Part shown: piece after piece, positions 34,016 to 44,458 of the stretch
Position numbering within the stretch: position 1 is the first letter of the stretch
How the letters are laid out: each line of letters begins with the position of its first letter
Assembly: GCF_058153355.1 (NCBI RefSeq)
Contig: NZ_CM177019.1
Direction: 5' to 3' (one strand)
DNA: 64,000 bases
The notes under the pieces: generated by a model
Database searches by the model: none
What the model saw: the letters and a program-made list of their open reading frames with translations, nothing else
Told to the model about the DNA's origin: nothing
Made by a program: the position numbers and the translations under genes

Positions 34016-34756
34016 TTAATAAATAGAGACTCTGAACCCAGGATTCAGGAACGACTCGCGCGGGGTATAATCCAGCGGTTTACCCTGCCAGTCGTGAACG
34101 TGCGCTCCGGCCGCTGCCGCAACTGCGTGACCGGCAGCGGTATCCCAAATATTAGTTGGCCCGAAACGCGGATAGAGTTGAGCCTGCCCTTCCGCCACCA
34201 GGCAGAATTTCAGCGAAGAGCCGATAGACGTGGTTTGATGTTCGCCAAGCTGTTGCAGATACTCTTTCAGCTCCGCATCCGCATGGGAACGGCTGATCAC
34301 CACCAGCGGCGGGCGCGCATCGCGGACCTGAATCTGCTTGCGTACACCGCACTCTTCTTTCCAGGCTTTGCCGTCTGCCGCGCTGTACATTACGTTCATT
34401 ACCGGCGCATACACCACACCTAAAATCGGTTTGCCGTGGTCGATGAGCGCAATATTAACGGTGAATTCACCATTACGTTTAATAAACTCTTTAGTACCAT
34501 CCAGCGGGTCTACCAGCCAGTAACGCTGCCAGTGTTGACGGACTTCCCAACCGGGAGGATCTTCTTCAGAAAGGACCGGAATATCCGGTGTCAGCGTACG
34601 TAAACCGTCCATGATAACGGTGTGTGCGGCAATATCCGCTGCCGTTACCGGAGAATTGTCCGCTTTGCTGACGACGTCCATCGGTTTCGTCCCGTCGTAG
34701 ACCTGCATAATGGCATCGCCTGCATTCCGTGCAAGCTGGCATACTTGATCTAACAT
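34016..34756 (-). CDS. cysQ: 3'(2'),5'-bisphosphate nucleotidase CysQ
   Basis: 246-aa inositol-monophosphatase-family protein ([22 protein letters not shown]... with DPLDGT motif). Confidence 0.95.
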   Translation of the reverse strand: MLDQVCQLARNAGDAIMQVYDGTKPMDVVSKADNSPVTAADIAAHTVIMDGLRTLTPDIPVLSEEDPPGWEVRQHWQRYWLVDPLDGTKEFIKRNGEFTVNIALIDHGKPILGVVYAPVMNVMYSAADGKAWKEECGVRKQIQVRDARPPLVVISRSHADAELKEYLQQLGEHQTTSIGSSLKFCLVAEGQAQLYPRFGPTNIWDTAAGHAVAAAAGAHVHDWQGKPLDYTPRESFLNPGFRVSIY

Positions 34757-34945
34757 TTCTCCACCTCGTCTCTGTGAGCGGTGTTAACTTGTTGTTTTAC
34801 TTATACCCTATCGTTAAAGAATGCGCCAACTGTGATAGTGTCATCATTTTCAAAGCGTTAAATTGTGGCATTCTTCACTGTTCTAAAAGTAAGAGGTTTA
34901 TTCTCCCTTTTCTTTCGAATTCCCGATGATAAAAGGATGTCCCTG

Positions 34946-36889
34946 ATGATTAAGTTTAGCGCAACGCTCCTGGCCACGCTGATTGCCGCGAGTGTGAATG
35001 CAGCGACGGTCGATCTGCGTATCATGGAAACCACTGATTTGCATAGCAACATGATGGATTTCGATTATTACAAAGACACCGCCACGGAAAAATTCGGACT
35101 GGTACGTACGGCAAGCCTGATTAACGATGCCCGCAATGAAGTGAAAAACAGCGTACTGGTCGATAATGGCGATTTGATTCAGGGGAGTCCGCTGGCCGAT
35201 TACATGTCGGCGAAAGGATTAAAAGCCGGAGATATTCACCCTGTCTATAAGGCATTGAATACGCTGGACTATACCGTCGGCACACTCGGTAACCACGAGT
35301 TTAACTACGGTCTGGATTACCTGAAAAATGCACTGGCAGGAGCGAAATTCCCTTATGTAAACGCCAACGTCATTGACGCTAAAACCAAACAGCCCATGTT
35401 TACACCGTATTTGATTAAAGACACCGAAGTGATCGATAAAGACGGAAAAAAACAGACGCTGAAGATTGGCTATATTGGCGTCGTACCGCCGCAGATTATG
35501 GGATGGGATAAAGCTAATTTATCTGGCAAAGTCACCGTTAACGATATAACGGAAACTGTGCGCAAGTACGTACCTGAAATGCGCGAGAAAGGTGCCGATC
35601 TCGTTGTCGTTTTGGCGCATTCTGGTCTCTCTGCCGATCCGTATAAAGTGATGGCAGAAAACTCAGTTTATTATCTCAGTGAAATTCCGGGCGTTGACGC
35701 CATTATGTTTGGCCATGCTCACGCCGTCTTCCCGAGTAAAGATTTTGCGAATATCAAAGGGGCTGATATCGCCAAAGGCACGCTGAACGGCGTTCCGGCG
35801 GTAATGCCGGGCATGTGGGGCGATCATCTCGGCGTGGTCGATCTGCAACTCAATAATGACAGCGGAAAATGGCAGGTGACGCAGGCGAAAGCGGAAGCAC
35901 GGCCAATTTACGATATCGCCAATAAAAAATCCCTCGCGGCGGAAGACAGCAAGCTGGTAGAAACACTTAAGGCCGATCACGAGGCCACACGCCAGTTTGT
36001 CAGCAAACCAATCGGTAAATCTGCCGACAATATGTATAGCTATTTGGCGCTGGTGCAGGACGATCCGACCGTGCAGGTGGTGAATAATGCACAAAAAGCG
36101 TATGTCGAACATTACATTCAGGGCGATCCGGATCTGGCAAAACTGCCGGTGCTTTCAGCTGCCGCACCGTTTAAAGTCGGTGGTCGCAAAAATGATCCGG
36201 CAAGCTATGTGGAGGTGGAAAAAGGCCAATTAACCTTCCGTAACGCCGCCGATCTTTACCTCTATCCCAATACGCTGATTGTGGTGAAAGCCAGCGGTAA
36301 AGAGGTGAAAGAGTGGCTGGAATGCTCCGCCGGACAGTTTAACCAGATTGATCCTAACAGCACGAAACCACAGTCACTGATCAACTGGGATGGTTTCCGC
36401 ACCTATAACTTTGACGTCATTGATGGTGTGAATTATCAGATTGATGTTACTCAGCCCGCTCGCTATGACGGCGAGTGCCAGGTGGTTAATGCCAATGCGG
36501 AAAGGATTAAGAACCTGACCTTTAACGGCAAGCCGCTTGATCCGAACGCGATGTTCCTCGTTGCCACCAATAACTATCGCGCTTACGGCGGCAAATTTGC
36601 AGGTACGGGCGATAGCCATATCGCTTTTGCTTCACCGGATGAGAACCGCTCGGTGCTGGCAGCGTGGATTGCAGATGAGTCGAAGCGTGCGGGAGAAATT
36701 CACCCGGCGGCAGATAACAACTGGCGTTTAGCACCGATTCCCGGCGATAAGAAACTGGATATCCGTTTCGAAACCTCTCCGTCAGATAAAGCCGCAGCGT
36801 TTATTAAAGAGAAAGGGCAGTATCCGATGAATAAAGTCGCGACCGATGATATCGGCTTTGCGATTTATCAGGTGGATTTGAGTAAGTAA
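34946..36889 (+). CDS. cpdB: 2',3'-cyclic-nucleotide 2'-phosphodiesterase / 3'-nucleotidase CpdB
   Basis: 647-aa product from ATG 34946 with signal peptide ([19 protein letters not shown]) and calcineurin-like metallophosphatase motifs. Confidence 0.95.
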   Translation: MIKFSATLLATLIAASVNAATVDLRIMETTDLHSNMMDFDYYKDTATEKFGLVRTASLINDARNEVKNSVLVDNGDLIQGSPLADYMSAKGLKAGDIHPVYKALNTLDYTVGTLGNHEFNYGLDYLKNALAGAKFPYVNANVIDAKTKQPMFTPYLIKDTEVIDKDGKKQTLKIGYIGVVPPQIMGWDKANLSGKVTVNDITETVRKYVPEMREKGADLVVVLAHSGLSADPYKVMAENSVYYLSEIPGVDAIMFGHAHAVFPSKDFANIKGADIAKGTLNGVPAVMPGMWGDHLGVVDLQLNNDSGKWQVTQAKAEARPIYDIANKKSLAAEDSKLVETLKADHEATRQFVSKPIGKSADNMYSYLALVQDDPTVQVVNNAQKAYVEHYIQGDPDLAKLPVLSAAAPFKVGGRKNDPASYVEVEKGQLTFRNAADLYLYPNTLIVVKASGKEVKEWLECSAGQFNQIDPNSTKPQSLINWDGFRTYNFDVIDGVNYQIDVTQPARYDGECQVVNANAERIKNLTFNGKPLDPNAMFLVATNNYRAYGGKFAGTGDSHIAFASPDENRSVLAAWIADESKRAGEIHPAADNNWRLAPIPGDKKLDIRFETSPSDKAAAFIKEKGQYPMNKVATDDIGFAIYQVDLSK

Positions 36890-36914
36890 AACACTTTTCC
36901 CGTCTATAGATATG

Positions 36915-37012
36915 AACCGCATCCGGCATTTATTGGCGGATGCGGTGCTGCTGCATCTTATCCGCCCTACAGGTCATGAACCGTAGGCCGAATAAGCGCA
37001 GCGCATCCGGCT
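36915..37012. repeat. REP/BIME cluster between cpdB and ytfH
   Basis: Multiple gcatccggc / gccggatgcg REP half-sites. Confidence 0.65.
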
Positions 37013-37013
37013 G

Positions 37014-37394
37014 TTATGCCGCACGTTCATCCCGCACTGCCAACACCTCAGGCAAATTCAACTCAATCCAGTCCGCCAGTGCAGCAACCTTTTCGCTCAC
37101 CTGCTCGCCCAGCGGCGTGAGGCTGTATTCCACATGCGGCGGCACCACCGGATAAGAGATACGGTTAAGAAACCCATCCTGCTCTAACGCCTGTAACGAC
37201 TGCGCAAGCATCTTTTCACTCACCCCACCCATCTTGCGGCGCAGGTCGCTAAAACGGTGCGTACCTTCGCGAAGCGCGACCAGAATCAATACCCCCCAAC
37301 GACTGGTGACGTGTTTCAACACCTCGCGCGACGGGCACTGTTCGGCGAAGAGGTTACCCTCTTTCAGTTGTTGCGACAGGCTAGCCTGGCTCAT
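37014..37394 (-). CDS. ytfH: HxlR-family transcriptional regulator YtfH
   Basis: 126-aa winged-helix protein (MSQASLSQQLKEGNLFAEQCPSREVLKHVTSRWGVLILVALREGTHRFSDL...). Confidence 0.9.
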   Translation of the reverse strand: MSQASLSQQLKEGNLFAEQCPSREVLKHVTSRWGVLILVALREGTHRFSDLRRKMGGVSEKMLAQSLQALEQDGFLNRISYPVVPPHVEYSLTPLGEQVSEKVAALADWIELNLPEVLAVRDERAA

Positions 37395-37481
37395 TCATAC
37401 TTACCTTTTTGTACGTACTTACTAAAAGTAAGTTTAGGTGGTAGCGTATTTAAACACAAGACAAACCGATGGAGGCTTCCC

Positions 37482-38342
37482 ATGATCGCAATTACCGGCG
37501 CAACCGGCCAACTTGGTCACCATGTTATTAACTCCTTACTGAAAACCGTTCCTGCCAGCCAAATAGTGGCTATCGCACGTAACCCGGCAAAAGCGCAGGC
37601 ATTGAGCGCGCAAGGCATTACTGTACGTCAGGCTGAATACGGCGATGAAGCCGCACTGACATCTGCGCTTCAGGGAGTGGAAAAACTGCTGCTGATCTCT
37701 TCCAGCGAAGTGGGGCAACGTGCCCCGCAGCATCAAAATGTTATTAATGCCGCTAAGGCGGCGGGCGTGAAATTTATCGCTTATACCAGCCTGCTACATG
37801 CTGATACCTCCCCGCTCGGCCTCGCCGATGAGCACATCGAGACGGAGAAAATGCTGGCTGTTTCTGGCATCGCTTACACCTTGCTGCGCAACGGCTGGTA
37901 CACCGAAAACTATCTCGCCAGCGCCCCGGCAGCACTGGAGCACGGCGTATTTATCGGTGCCGCGGGCGATGGCAAAATTGCCTCAGCTACGCGAGCTGAT
38001 TATGCGGTAGCTGCGGCGCGCGTAATTAGCGAAGCAGGTCACGAAGGCAAGGTTTATGAACTGGCAGGTGATAGCGCCTGGACACTGACACAATTAGCGG
38101 CGGAACTCACCAAACAGAGCGGCAAACAGGTTACCTATCAAAACCTGAGCGAAGCTGATTTCGCCGCGGCGCTGAAAAGCGTCGGTCTGCCTGACGGGCT
38201 GGCGGATATGCTGGCAGATTCTGACGTTGGCGCATCGAAAGGCGGCCTGTTTGATGACAGCAAAACGCTTAGCAAATTGATTGGCCGCCCAACGACAACA
38301 TTAGCCGAGAGCGTAAGCCATCTTTTTAATGTTAATAACTAG
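37482..38342 (+). CDS. ytfG: NAD(P)H:quinone oxidoreductase YtfG (NmrA-like SDR)
   Basis: 286-aa product from ATG 37482 (MIAITGATGQLGHHVINSLL...); Rossmann GxxGxxG motif. Confidence 0.92.
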   Translation: MIAITGATGQLGHHVINSLLKTVPASQIVAIARNPAKAQALSAQGITVRQAEYGDEAALTSALQGVEKLLLISSSEVGQRAPQHQNVINAAKAAGVKFIAYTSLLHADTSPLGLADEHIETEKMLAVSGIAYTLLRNGWYTENYLASAPAALEHGVFIGAAGDGKIASATRADYAVAAARVISEAGHEGKVYELAGDSAWTLTQLAAELTKQSGKQVTYQNLSEADFAAALKSVGLPDGLADMLADSDVGASKGGLFDDSKTLSKLIGRPTTTLAESVSHLFNVNN

Positions 38343-38440
38343 TTAATTAAAGTGGCATCCTCACGCATCCTCTCTGATAATGACGGGATGCCGGGAGCAA
38401 TCATGTCTGCTTCCTGAACTTTCTTCTGACAGACCAATGG

Positions 38441-39415
38441 ATGCCAGTAATGATTAGCGGCGTGCTGTACGCCCTGTTAGCAGGGTTGATGTGGGGGCTT
38501 ATATTTGTCGGGCCGTTGATCGTGCCGGAATACCCGGCGATGTTGCAGTCGATGGGCCGTTATCTGGCGTTAGGGTTAATTGCGCTCCCCATTGCCTGGC
38601 TGGGGCGCGTGCGTCTGCGTCAGTTGGCGCGTCGCGACTGGCTTACCGCCTTGATGCTCACCATGATGGGCAACCTCATCTATTACTTCTGCCTTGCCAG
38701 TGCCATTCAACGTACTGGCGCGCCTGTTTCCACGATGATTATCGGCACCCTGCCGGTGGTGATTCCTGTCTTCGCCAATCTGCTTTATAGCCAGCGTGAC
38801 GGTAAACTCGCGTGGGGGAAACTCGCCCCGGCGCTGGTTTGTATTGGCATCGGCCTGGCATGTGTAAATATTGCTGAGTTAGACCACGGACTCCCCGATT
38901 TTGACTGGGCACGTTATACCTCTGGCATCGTGTTGGCGTTAGTTTCCGTGGTCTGCTGGGCGTGGTATGCCTTGCGCAACGCCCGTTGGCTGCGGGAAAA
39001 CCCAGACAAACATCCGATGATGTGGGCAACGGCGCAGGCGCTGGTCACGCTGCCGGTTTCTCTCATCGGCTATCTCGTCGCCTGTTACTGGCTGAATACG
39101 CAAACGCCGGGCTTCTCCCTACCTTTTGGCCCCCGTCCGCTGGTGTTTATTAGTCTGATGATTGCGATAGCCGTGCTTTGCTCATGGGTTGGCGCACTCT
39201 GCTGGAACGTCGCCAGCCAGCGATTACCGACGGTGATTCTCGGGCCGCTGATTGTCTTCGAAACGCTGGCAGGTTTGCTGTACACCTTTTTGTTACGCCA
39301 GCAAATGCCGCCGCTGATGACGCTGAGCGGTATCGCGCTGTTAGTGGTTGGCGTGGTCATTGCGGTCAGAGCAAAACCGGAAAAACCCTTAATTGAACCT
39401 GTCTCAGAAAGTTGA
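38441..39415 (+). CDS. ytfF: Inner-membrane transporter YtfF (DMT/EamA-like)
   Basis: About 10 predicted TM helices; start codon ambiguous (38441 or 38450). Confidence 0.88.
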   Translation: MPVMISGVLYALLAGLMWGLIFVGPLIVPEYPAMLQSMGRYLALGLIALPIAWLGRVRLRQLARRDWLTALMLTMMGNLIYYFCLASAIQRTGAPVSTMIIGTLPVVIPVFANLLYSQRDGKLAWGKLAPALVCIGIGLACVNIAELDHGLPDFDWARYTSGIVLALVSVVCWAWYALRNARWLRENPDKHPMMWATAQALVTLPVSLIGYLVACYWLNTQTPGFSLPFGPRPLVFISLMIAIAVLCSWVGALCWNVASQRLPTVILGPLIVFETLAGLLYTFLLRQQMPPLMTLSGIALLVVGVVIAVRAKPEKPLIEPVSES

Positions 39416-39473
39416 CACGCTGGCAGTGAGTTAAATAAGCCTCTGCTACGTAAGGGTTATAGCATTTGCCTTA

Positions 39474-39496
39474 AAGATGCATTTAAAATACATCTT
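39474..39496 (+). promoter_or_regulatory. NsrR operator in the ytfE promoter
   Basis: aagatgcatttaaaatacatctt is a near-perfect match to the NsrR palindrome consensus, 27 nt upstream of the ytfE ATG. Confidence 0.8.
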
Positions 39497-39522
39497 ATAT
39501 TATTAAGAATGAGGTATCAGCT

Positions 39523-40185
39523 ATGGCTTATCGCGACCAACCTTTAGGTGAACTGGCGCTCTCTATTCCTCGCGCTTCGGCTCTGTTTCGTCAATATGAT
39601 ATGGATTACTGCTGCGGCGGTAAGCAAACGCTGGCGCGTGCGGCGGCACGTAAAGAACTGGATGTTGACGTCATTGAAGCCGAACTGGCAAAGCTTGCTG
39701 AACAACCGATTGAGAAAGACTGGCGTAGCGCCCCACTGGCGGAAATCATCGACCATATCATCGTGCGCTACCACGATCGTCACCGTGAACAACTGCCGGA
39801 ACTGATTCTGCAAGCGACTAAAGTCGAACGCGTTCACGCCGACAAACCGAGCGTGCCAAAAGGGCTGACAAAATACCTGACCATGCTGCATGAAGAGCTT
39901 TCCAGCCACATGATGAAAGAAGAGCAGATCCTCTTCCCGATGATCAAACAAGGCATGGGTAGCCAGGCGATGGGGCCAATTAGCGTAATGGAAAGCGAGC
40001 ACGATGAAGCGGGTGAACTGCTGGAAGTAATCAAACACACTACCAATAACGTCACACCGCCGCCGGAAGCCTGCACCACCTGGAAAGCGATGTATAACGG
40101 TATTAATGAACTGATTGATGACCTGATGGAGCACATCAGTCTGGAAAACAATGTGCTGTTCCCGCGCGCGCTGGCGGGTGAGTGA
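39523..40185 (+). CDS. ytfE: Iron-sulfur cluster repair di-iron protein YtfE (RIC)
   Basis: 220-aa product [38 protein letters not shown]... Confidence 0.95.
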   Translation: MAYRDQPLGELALSIPRASALFRQYDMDYCCGGKQTLARAAARKELDVDVIEAELAKLAEQPIEKDWRSAPLAEIIDHIIVRYHDRHREQLPELILQATKVERVHADKPSVPKGLTKYLTMLHEELSSHMMKEEQILFPMIKQGMGSQAMGPISVMESEHDEAGELLEVIKHTTNNVTPPPEACTTWKAMYNGINELIDDLMEHISLENNVLFPRALAGE

Positions 40186-40193
40186 TTCGTTCG

Positions 40194-40226
40194 ATCAACG
40201 ATCCTGACATGTACAGGATCGTTGAT
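40194..40226. other. 13-bp perfect inverted repeat (hairpin) at the boundary between ytfE and the accessory operon
   Basis: atcaacgatcctg-acatgta-caggatcgttgat; no flanking T-tract. Confidence 0.4.
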
Positions 40227-40237
40227 TGTTAAGAGGT

Positions 40238-41731
40238 TCAGTCTTTCAATGGACGTAATTCATTGTTGTAACTGGTGTAACTGCCTTCAACGGTAAGTAG
40301 ATTGCCGTTTTCATCAAGATGCGCCGCATTGAGTTGTCGAGTTTCATTACGCCGCTTCGCATCACGTACCAGCCCATCGCCTACGTAATAAATATAGTGG
40401 TCATCATGAGCAAAGGTATCTGATAATTGACCATTGGCGTATTTAAACCACGTCCATTGGCCTTTCAGTTCAAATTGCTCAACCGTGTTTTCATCAATAA
40501 AATACGTAAAGCGATCGTCATGTGCTAAATAATTTAATGGTGTGCCATCGTGGCTTTTATACCACTGCCATTGCCCATTAATATCAAAAATAGTCACATC
40601 ATCGCTCGCAATGAAATAAAATTTATTCCCTATAATATTAACGCCTTCATGTAATTCTTGTTGTGGGTCGGGTAAATGAATAACCGACAGTGTTTTTTCG
40701 ACCCCAGAAACATACTTCACCAGATAGAGCGAATCTTTATATTGCGCCACATTCTTCGTCAGCGGGCGAAAATATTCCGGATCAACATCAGGAATGGTCG
40801 CAACCCGGCAGTCATTGGCACGCCAGGAAACGTCACGCGTCATCCATGTTACTTTATCCCGCTGTAGGTCAAACGTATTTCGGCACTCTTTACCGAACGC
40901 ATAACGTTTCTCCCCGTCCTTATCGCGATAAATCAGCAGGGAACCGGCTATCCAGCGCACAATATGAAAGGTGTCCGGATCGGCGTTGATGGAATCTCCG
41001 TTCACAAAGACCTGCGATTTTGTCCGCCAGATTGTATCCCAGGGTGCGGGATGCCCCCAATTTTCACAAGTGTTTGGCAAATAAAGAATATTCCGTTGGG
41101 CCCAGGGTTTAATGTCAAGAATAGAATATCCTTGCGTACTACCCAACCAGCGTCCCTGAAAGTAAAGATTGCGACGATCTTTCAGTACATCCGCGGAATC
41201 AATTAAATTCATCCTCCCCCCCACCTGTTGCAGCGAATCCATATCGACCTGCTTTTCGCCGTGATTATCATCCGTGCGTTCGCCATCAAAATAGAGGCTG
41301 TCTTTATCAGCGGCAAAACGCCCCCATGCGCGGAATGTTGCGGCATCGACTTTCGGTGTTCCCGGCGGGTTCTGAACTATTTTCCCTGCCCATAAAATAT
41401 GGCGACCATCGGTCAACCAGTCGAAACGCCAACTACCGTTAGTTCTGATATTAGTGCCAGCATCTACCTGAACATAATCATTATTGATATCATCAGGAGA
41501 ATCATATTTATCATCAGTGCCGTTGGGTACGCGGCGAAGTTGCTTAAACTTCACCTGCGATAAATGAATATCCGGAAAATAGAGTCCGTAACCATCACTA
41601 TCTTCAACGATATATTTTGTTCCTTGCCCCCACGGCTGGTAGTAAAACGCAGCAGCAGGCACACCGGAGCAGGCTAGTGAGGAGGTTGAAAATAAAGCCA
41701 GTGCGAGACAAACGGGTTTAATTGGCAACAT
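40238..41731 (-). CDS. Secreted repeat protein, paralogue 1 (DKNYY-like repeats; function unknown)
   Basis: 497-aa product with signal peptide MLPIKPVCLALALFSTSSLA; repeated D-K-x-x-[LIV]-Y-[FY] and A-D-x-x-T/S-F motifs (e.g. VDAATFRAWGRFAADKDSLYFDG); AGGA RBS. Confidence 0.75.
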   Translation of the reverse strand: MLPIKPVCLALALFSTSSLACSGVPAAAFYYQPWGQGTKYIVEDSDGYGLYFPDIHLSQVKFKQLRRVPNGTDDKYDSPDDINNDYVQVDAGTNIRTNGSWRFDWLTDGRHILWAGKIVQNPPGTPKVDAATFRAWGRFAADKDSLYFDGERTDDNHGEKQVDMDSLQQVGGRMNLIDSADVLKDRRNLYFQGRWLGSTQGYSILDIKPWAQRNILYLPNTCENWGHPAPWDTIWRTKSQVFVNGDSINADPDTFHIVRWIAGSLLIYRDKDGEKRYAFGKECRNTFDLQRDKVTWMTRDVSWRANDCRVATIPDVDPEYFRPLTKNVAQYKDSLYLVKYVSGVEKTLSVIHLPDPQQELHEGVNIIGNKFYFIASDDVTIFDINGQWQWYKSHDGTPLNYLAHDDRFTYFIDENTVEQFELKGQWTWFKYANGQLSDTFAHDDHYIYYVGDGLVRDAKRRNETRQLNAAHLDENGNLLTVEGSYTSYNNELRPLKD

Positions 41732-41763
41732 AGCATCATCCTGAAGCTGTTAGCGTGAAGAGG

Positions 41764-42921
41764 TTATTTAAATAAGGGTTTAAGACCGCTCGGGGGTTGC
41801 TTCACCGATGACCAACCTCCCTTACCTAAGTTATAACGCAGCCATTCACCTTGTTGGGCGTGCTCTTTCCCAATTCCAGTCGCTTGTTGAGTGTAAAGCT
41901 GCCCGTCTGTTGATATAAACGTGTTAGTTAATCCCCAACTACCACCTGCTTCAAGTGAGTCGGTGAGATCCTCTGGCTTGAGATTAATCAACTCCCCTTC
42001 GCCCAGGGCGTTGGTTGTTACTTTATAAATTTGGTTCTTATATAAACCGGTATTCCGAACAAACAGATAAAAATATTCCGGATCAACTCCCGCCAGCGTT
42101 TCATAAACACAATCACTACCCGCTGGCGTTGCTTCTTGTTTGAGCCAGGACACAGTCTTCAAACCAATATTAAATGACGCACAACTGTGACTAATATCCT
42201 CCAACTTATAGTCATGCTCACCGCTTTTATCGCGATAAACCAACCGTTCGCCAGGCATCCAACGTTTAATCTGAAAAGTTTTGCGATCGGCGGGCAGTGG
42301 CTTGCCATTAACGATCACCTGCGAATTTGTCAGCACAACAAATTGCAGGGCGGAATCATGCCGCACGATTTGAAATCCATCGGCATGACCCAACCAGCGC
42401 CCTTTATGCCAGAGGCCATTTTTATCACGCAGTAAATTCCAGATGTCCGTCTCTTCCAGCGTTGACATATCCACCTGCTTATCACCGCTATTATCATCGG
42501 TACGCTGGCCGTCAAAATAGATACTGCGTTTATCGGCAGCGAAAGCGCCGAATGCCTGAAAACTGGCAGCGTCGACTTTAGGTTTACCGGGGGGATTTTT
42601 CAGGACTTTGCCTGCCCAAATAACAAAGCGTCCATCGGTGAGCCAGGAATGCTGGCAATCCCCCTTATCATCGCAATCGAACTTATCGGGATTAAAATCG
42701 GACAGTAACCGGCAATCTTGCTTATTAGCTAAATTGGCAATGCGCCAGAGGCGGGAAAAATTAACGTCTGGTAATTCGGAGAGGATCTCATCTTCTTTTC
42801 CCTTCTGTTCGGCAACGTAAACCGTGCCTTTATCATGCTGGCGGTAATAAAAATCCGCGCCCCAGGAAGGTAAAATGGAGAGAGGTAATGCGGCGATTAA
42901 TAACCAACTGCGCTTAACCAT
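41764..42921 (-). CDS. Secreted repeat protein, paralogue 2 (DKNYY-like repeats; function unknown)
   Basis: 385-aa product from ATG 42921 with signal peptide MVKRSWLLIAALPLSILPSWGA; shares long identical or similar blocks with paralogue 1 (WLTDGRxxxWAGKxxxNPPGxPKVDAAxFxAxGxFAADKxSxYFDGxRTDDNxGxKQVDM). The ORF-track N-terminal extension (to 43080) overlapping cycA is rejected. Confidence 0.7.
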   Translation of the reverse strand: MVKRSWLLIAALPLSILPSWGADFYYRQHDKGTVYVAEQKGKEDEILSELPDVNFSRLWRIANLANKQDCRLLSDFNPDKFDCDDKGDCQHSWLTDGRFVIWAGKVLKNPPGKPKVDAASFQAFGAFAADKRSIYFDGQRTDDNSGDKQVDMSTLEETDIWNLLRDKNGLWHKGRWLGHADGFQIVRHDSALQFVVLTNSQVIVNGKPLPADRKTFQIKRWMPGERLVYRDKSGEHDYKLEDISHSCASFNIGLKTVSWLKQEATPAGSDCVYETLAGVDPEYFYLFVRNTGLYKNQIYKVTTNALGEGELINLKPEDLTDSLEAGGSWGLTNTFISTDGQLYTQQATGIGKEHAQQGEWLRYNLGKGGWSSVKQPPSGLKPLFK

Positions 42922-43013
42922 AGTGAACTCTGCAACGAGTGGCAAAGATCCACGGTAAGCTCGCGCCTGAGGGCTGTCTATGATGGTAGATTTTTTTAGG
43001 AATATATAAAGAC

Positions 43014-43035
43014 AAAGGCACCCGCAGGTGCCTTT
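43014..43035 (-). terminator. Rho-independent terminator downstream of cycA
   Basis: aaaggcacc-cgca-ggtgccttt stem with flanking T/A tracts, 20 nt after the cycA stop. Confidence 0.55.
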
Positions 43036-43054
43036 CAGAGTTATAAACGCGGCA

Positions 43055-44458
43055 TTACTTCGCCATGCGTTTTTTACCAATAAACAACCAGCCCAACCCC
43101 AGCGCGATAAACCACAGCGGGGTAACTATCAGCGCCTGGCGAGTGTCATCTTCCAGTGTCAGCAGCACGACCACGAACACAAAGAACGCCATACATACCC
43201 AGCACATCAGCTTGCCGAGCGGCATCTTGTAGATAGACTTCTCATGCAGGTGCGGACGCTGTTTGCGATACACCAGGTATGAGCAAAGGATAATCGTCCA
43301 GACGAACATAAACAGAATCGCGGAAACAGTCGTGATCATCGTGAACGCGCCAATTACACTTGGATTCACATACAACATCACCACGCCGCCAAGCAGACAG
43401 ATACAAGAGAAGGTCAGCCCTTTCGCGGGTACGGCGCGCTTAGAAAGTTTAGCGAACGCTTTCGGCGCAACACCTTCCTGGGCCAGACCAAACAGCATAC
43501 GGCTGGTAGAGAAGACGCCGCTGTTAGCGGAAGACGCCGCAGAGGTCAGCACCACAAAGTTGATTACGCTGGCAGCCGCAGGCAAACCCACCAACACAAA
43601 CAATTCAACAAACGGGCTTTTCTCCGGGACTACTGAACTCCACGGCGTCACGGACATAATCACAATCAGCGCGAAGACGTAGAACATAATGATACGGATC
43701 GGAATGGAGTTAATCGCACGTGGCAGTGATTTCTCCGGATCTTTCGTTTCCGCAGCGGTTGTACCGACCAGCTCAATCCCCACGAAAGCGAAAACCGCTA
43801 TCTGGAATCCGGCAAAGAAGCCACTTAAACCTTTCGGGAACCAGCCGCCGTCATTCCACAAATGCGCGAATGACGCTTCCACACCGGTCGGTGACTGAAA
43901 GTGCATCGCCACCATGACCAGGCCGACGACAATCAGTGACACGATGGCGACAATTTTGATCATCGCAAACCAGAACTCCATCTCACCGAACATTTTCACG
44001 GTGGCGAGGTTAAGCGTCAGCAGCAGCACTATCACCGCCAGCGAGGCGACCCAGTCGGAGAGATCGGGGAACCAGAACTGAGCATAGGCAGTGATGGCCA
44101 CCACGTCCGCCATACCGGTAACCACCCAGCAGAACCAGTAGGTCCAGCCAGTGAAATATCCCGCCCATGGCCCCAGTAAATCGGAAGCGAAGTCACTAAA
44201 AGATTTGTATTCCAGATTCGAAAGCAGCAATTCCCCCATTGCCCGCATCACGAAAAAGAGCATAAAACCGATGATCATATAAACGAAGATGATCGACGGT
44301 CCGGCAAGGCTGATTGTTTTACCGGACCCCATAAACAACCCCGTACCAATGGCCCCACCAATGGCAATAAGCTGAATATGTCGGTTTGTGAGATTGCGCC
44401 GTAGCGACTGTTCAGCCGGAGCCTGATCATCGGCAACGACTTTTACCTGATCTACCAT
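43055..44458 (-). CDS. cycA: D-serine/D-alanine/glycine:H+ symporter CycA (APC family)
   Basis: 467-aa product MVDQVKVVADDQAPAEQSLRRNLTNRHIQLIAIGGAIGTGLFMGSG... Confidence 0.95.
   Translation of the reverse strand: MVDQVKVVADDQAPAEQSLRRNLTNRHIQLIAIGGAIGTGLFMGSGKTISLAGPSIIFVYMIIGFMLFFVMRAMGELLLSNLEYKSFSDFASDLLGPWAGYFTGWTYWFCWVVTGMADVVAITAYAQFWFPDLSDWVASLAVIVLLLTLNLATVKMFGEMEFWFAMIKIVAIVSLIVVGLVMVAMHFQSPTGVEASFAHLWNDGGWFPKGLSGFFAGFQIAVFAFVGIELVGTTAAETKDPEKSLPRAINSIPIRIIMFYVFALIVIMSVTPWSSVVPEKSPFVELFVLVGLPAAASVINFVVLTSAASSANSGVFSTSRMLFGLAQEGVAPKAFAKLSKRAVPAKGLTFSCICLLGGVVMLYVNPSVIGAFTMITTVSAILFMFVWTIILCSYLVYRKQRPHLHEKSIYKMPLGKLMCWVCMAFFVFVVVLLTLEDDTRQALIVTPLWFIALGLGWLFIGKKRMAK

Noticed and set aside
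40186-43054. The ytfE-cycA insertion considered as a phage-defence or secretion-system island
   Set aside because: Neither protein shows nuclease, ATPase, helicase or secretion-apparatus motifs; both look like periplasmic or secreted repeat proteins, so a defence assignment is unsupported.
42922-43080. N-terminal extension of the 438-aa ORF (start at 43080) overlapping the cycA 3' end
   Set aside because: The extension precedes the signal peptide and overlaps cycA and its terminator; the internal ATG at 42921 gives a canonical signal peptide at the N-terminus.
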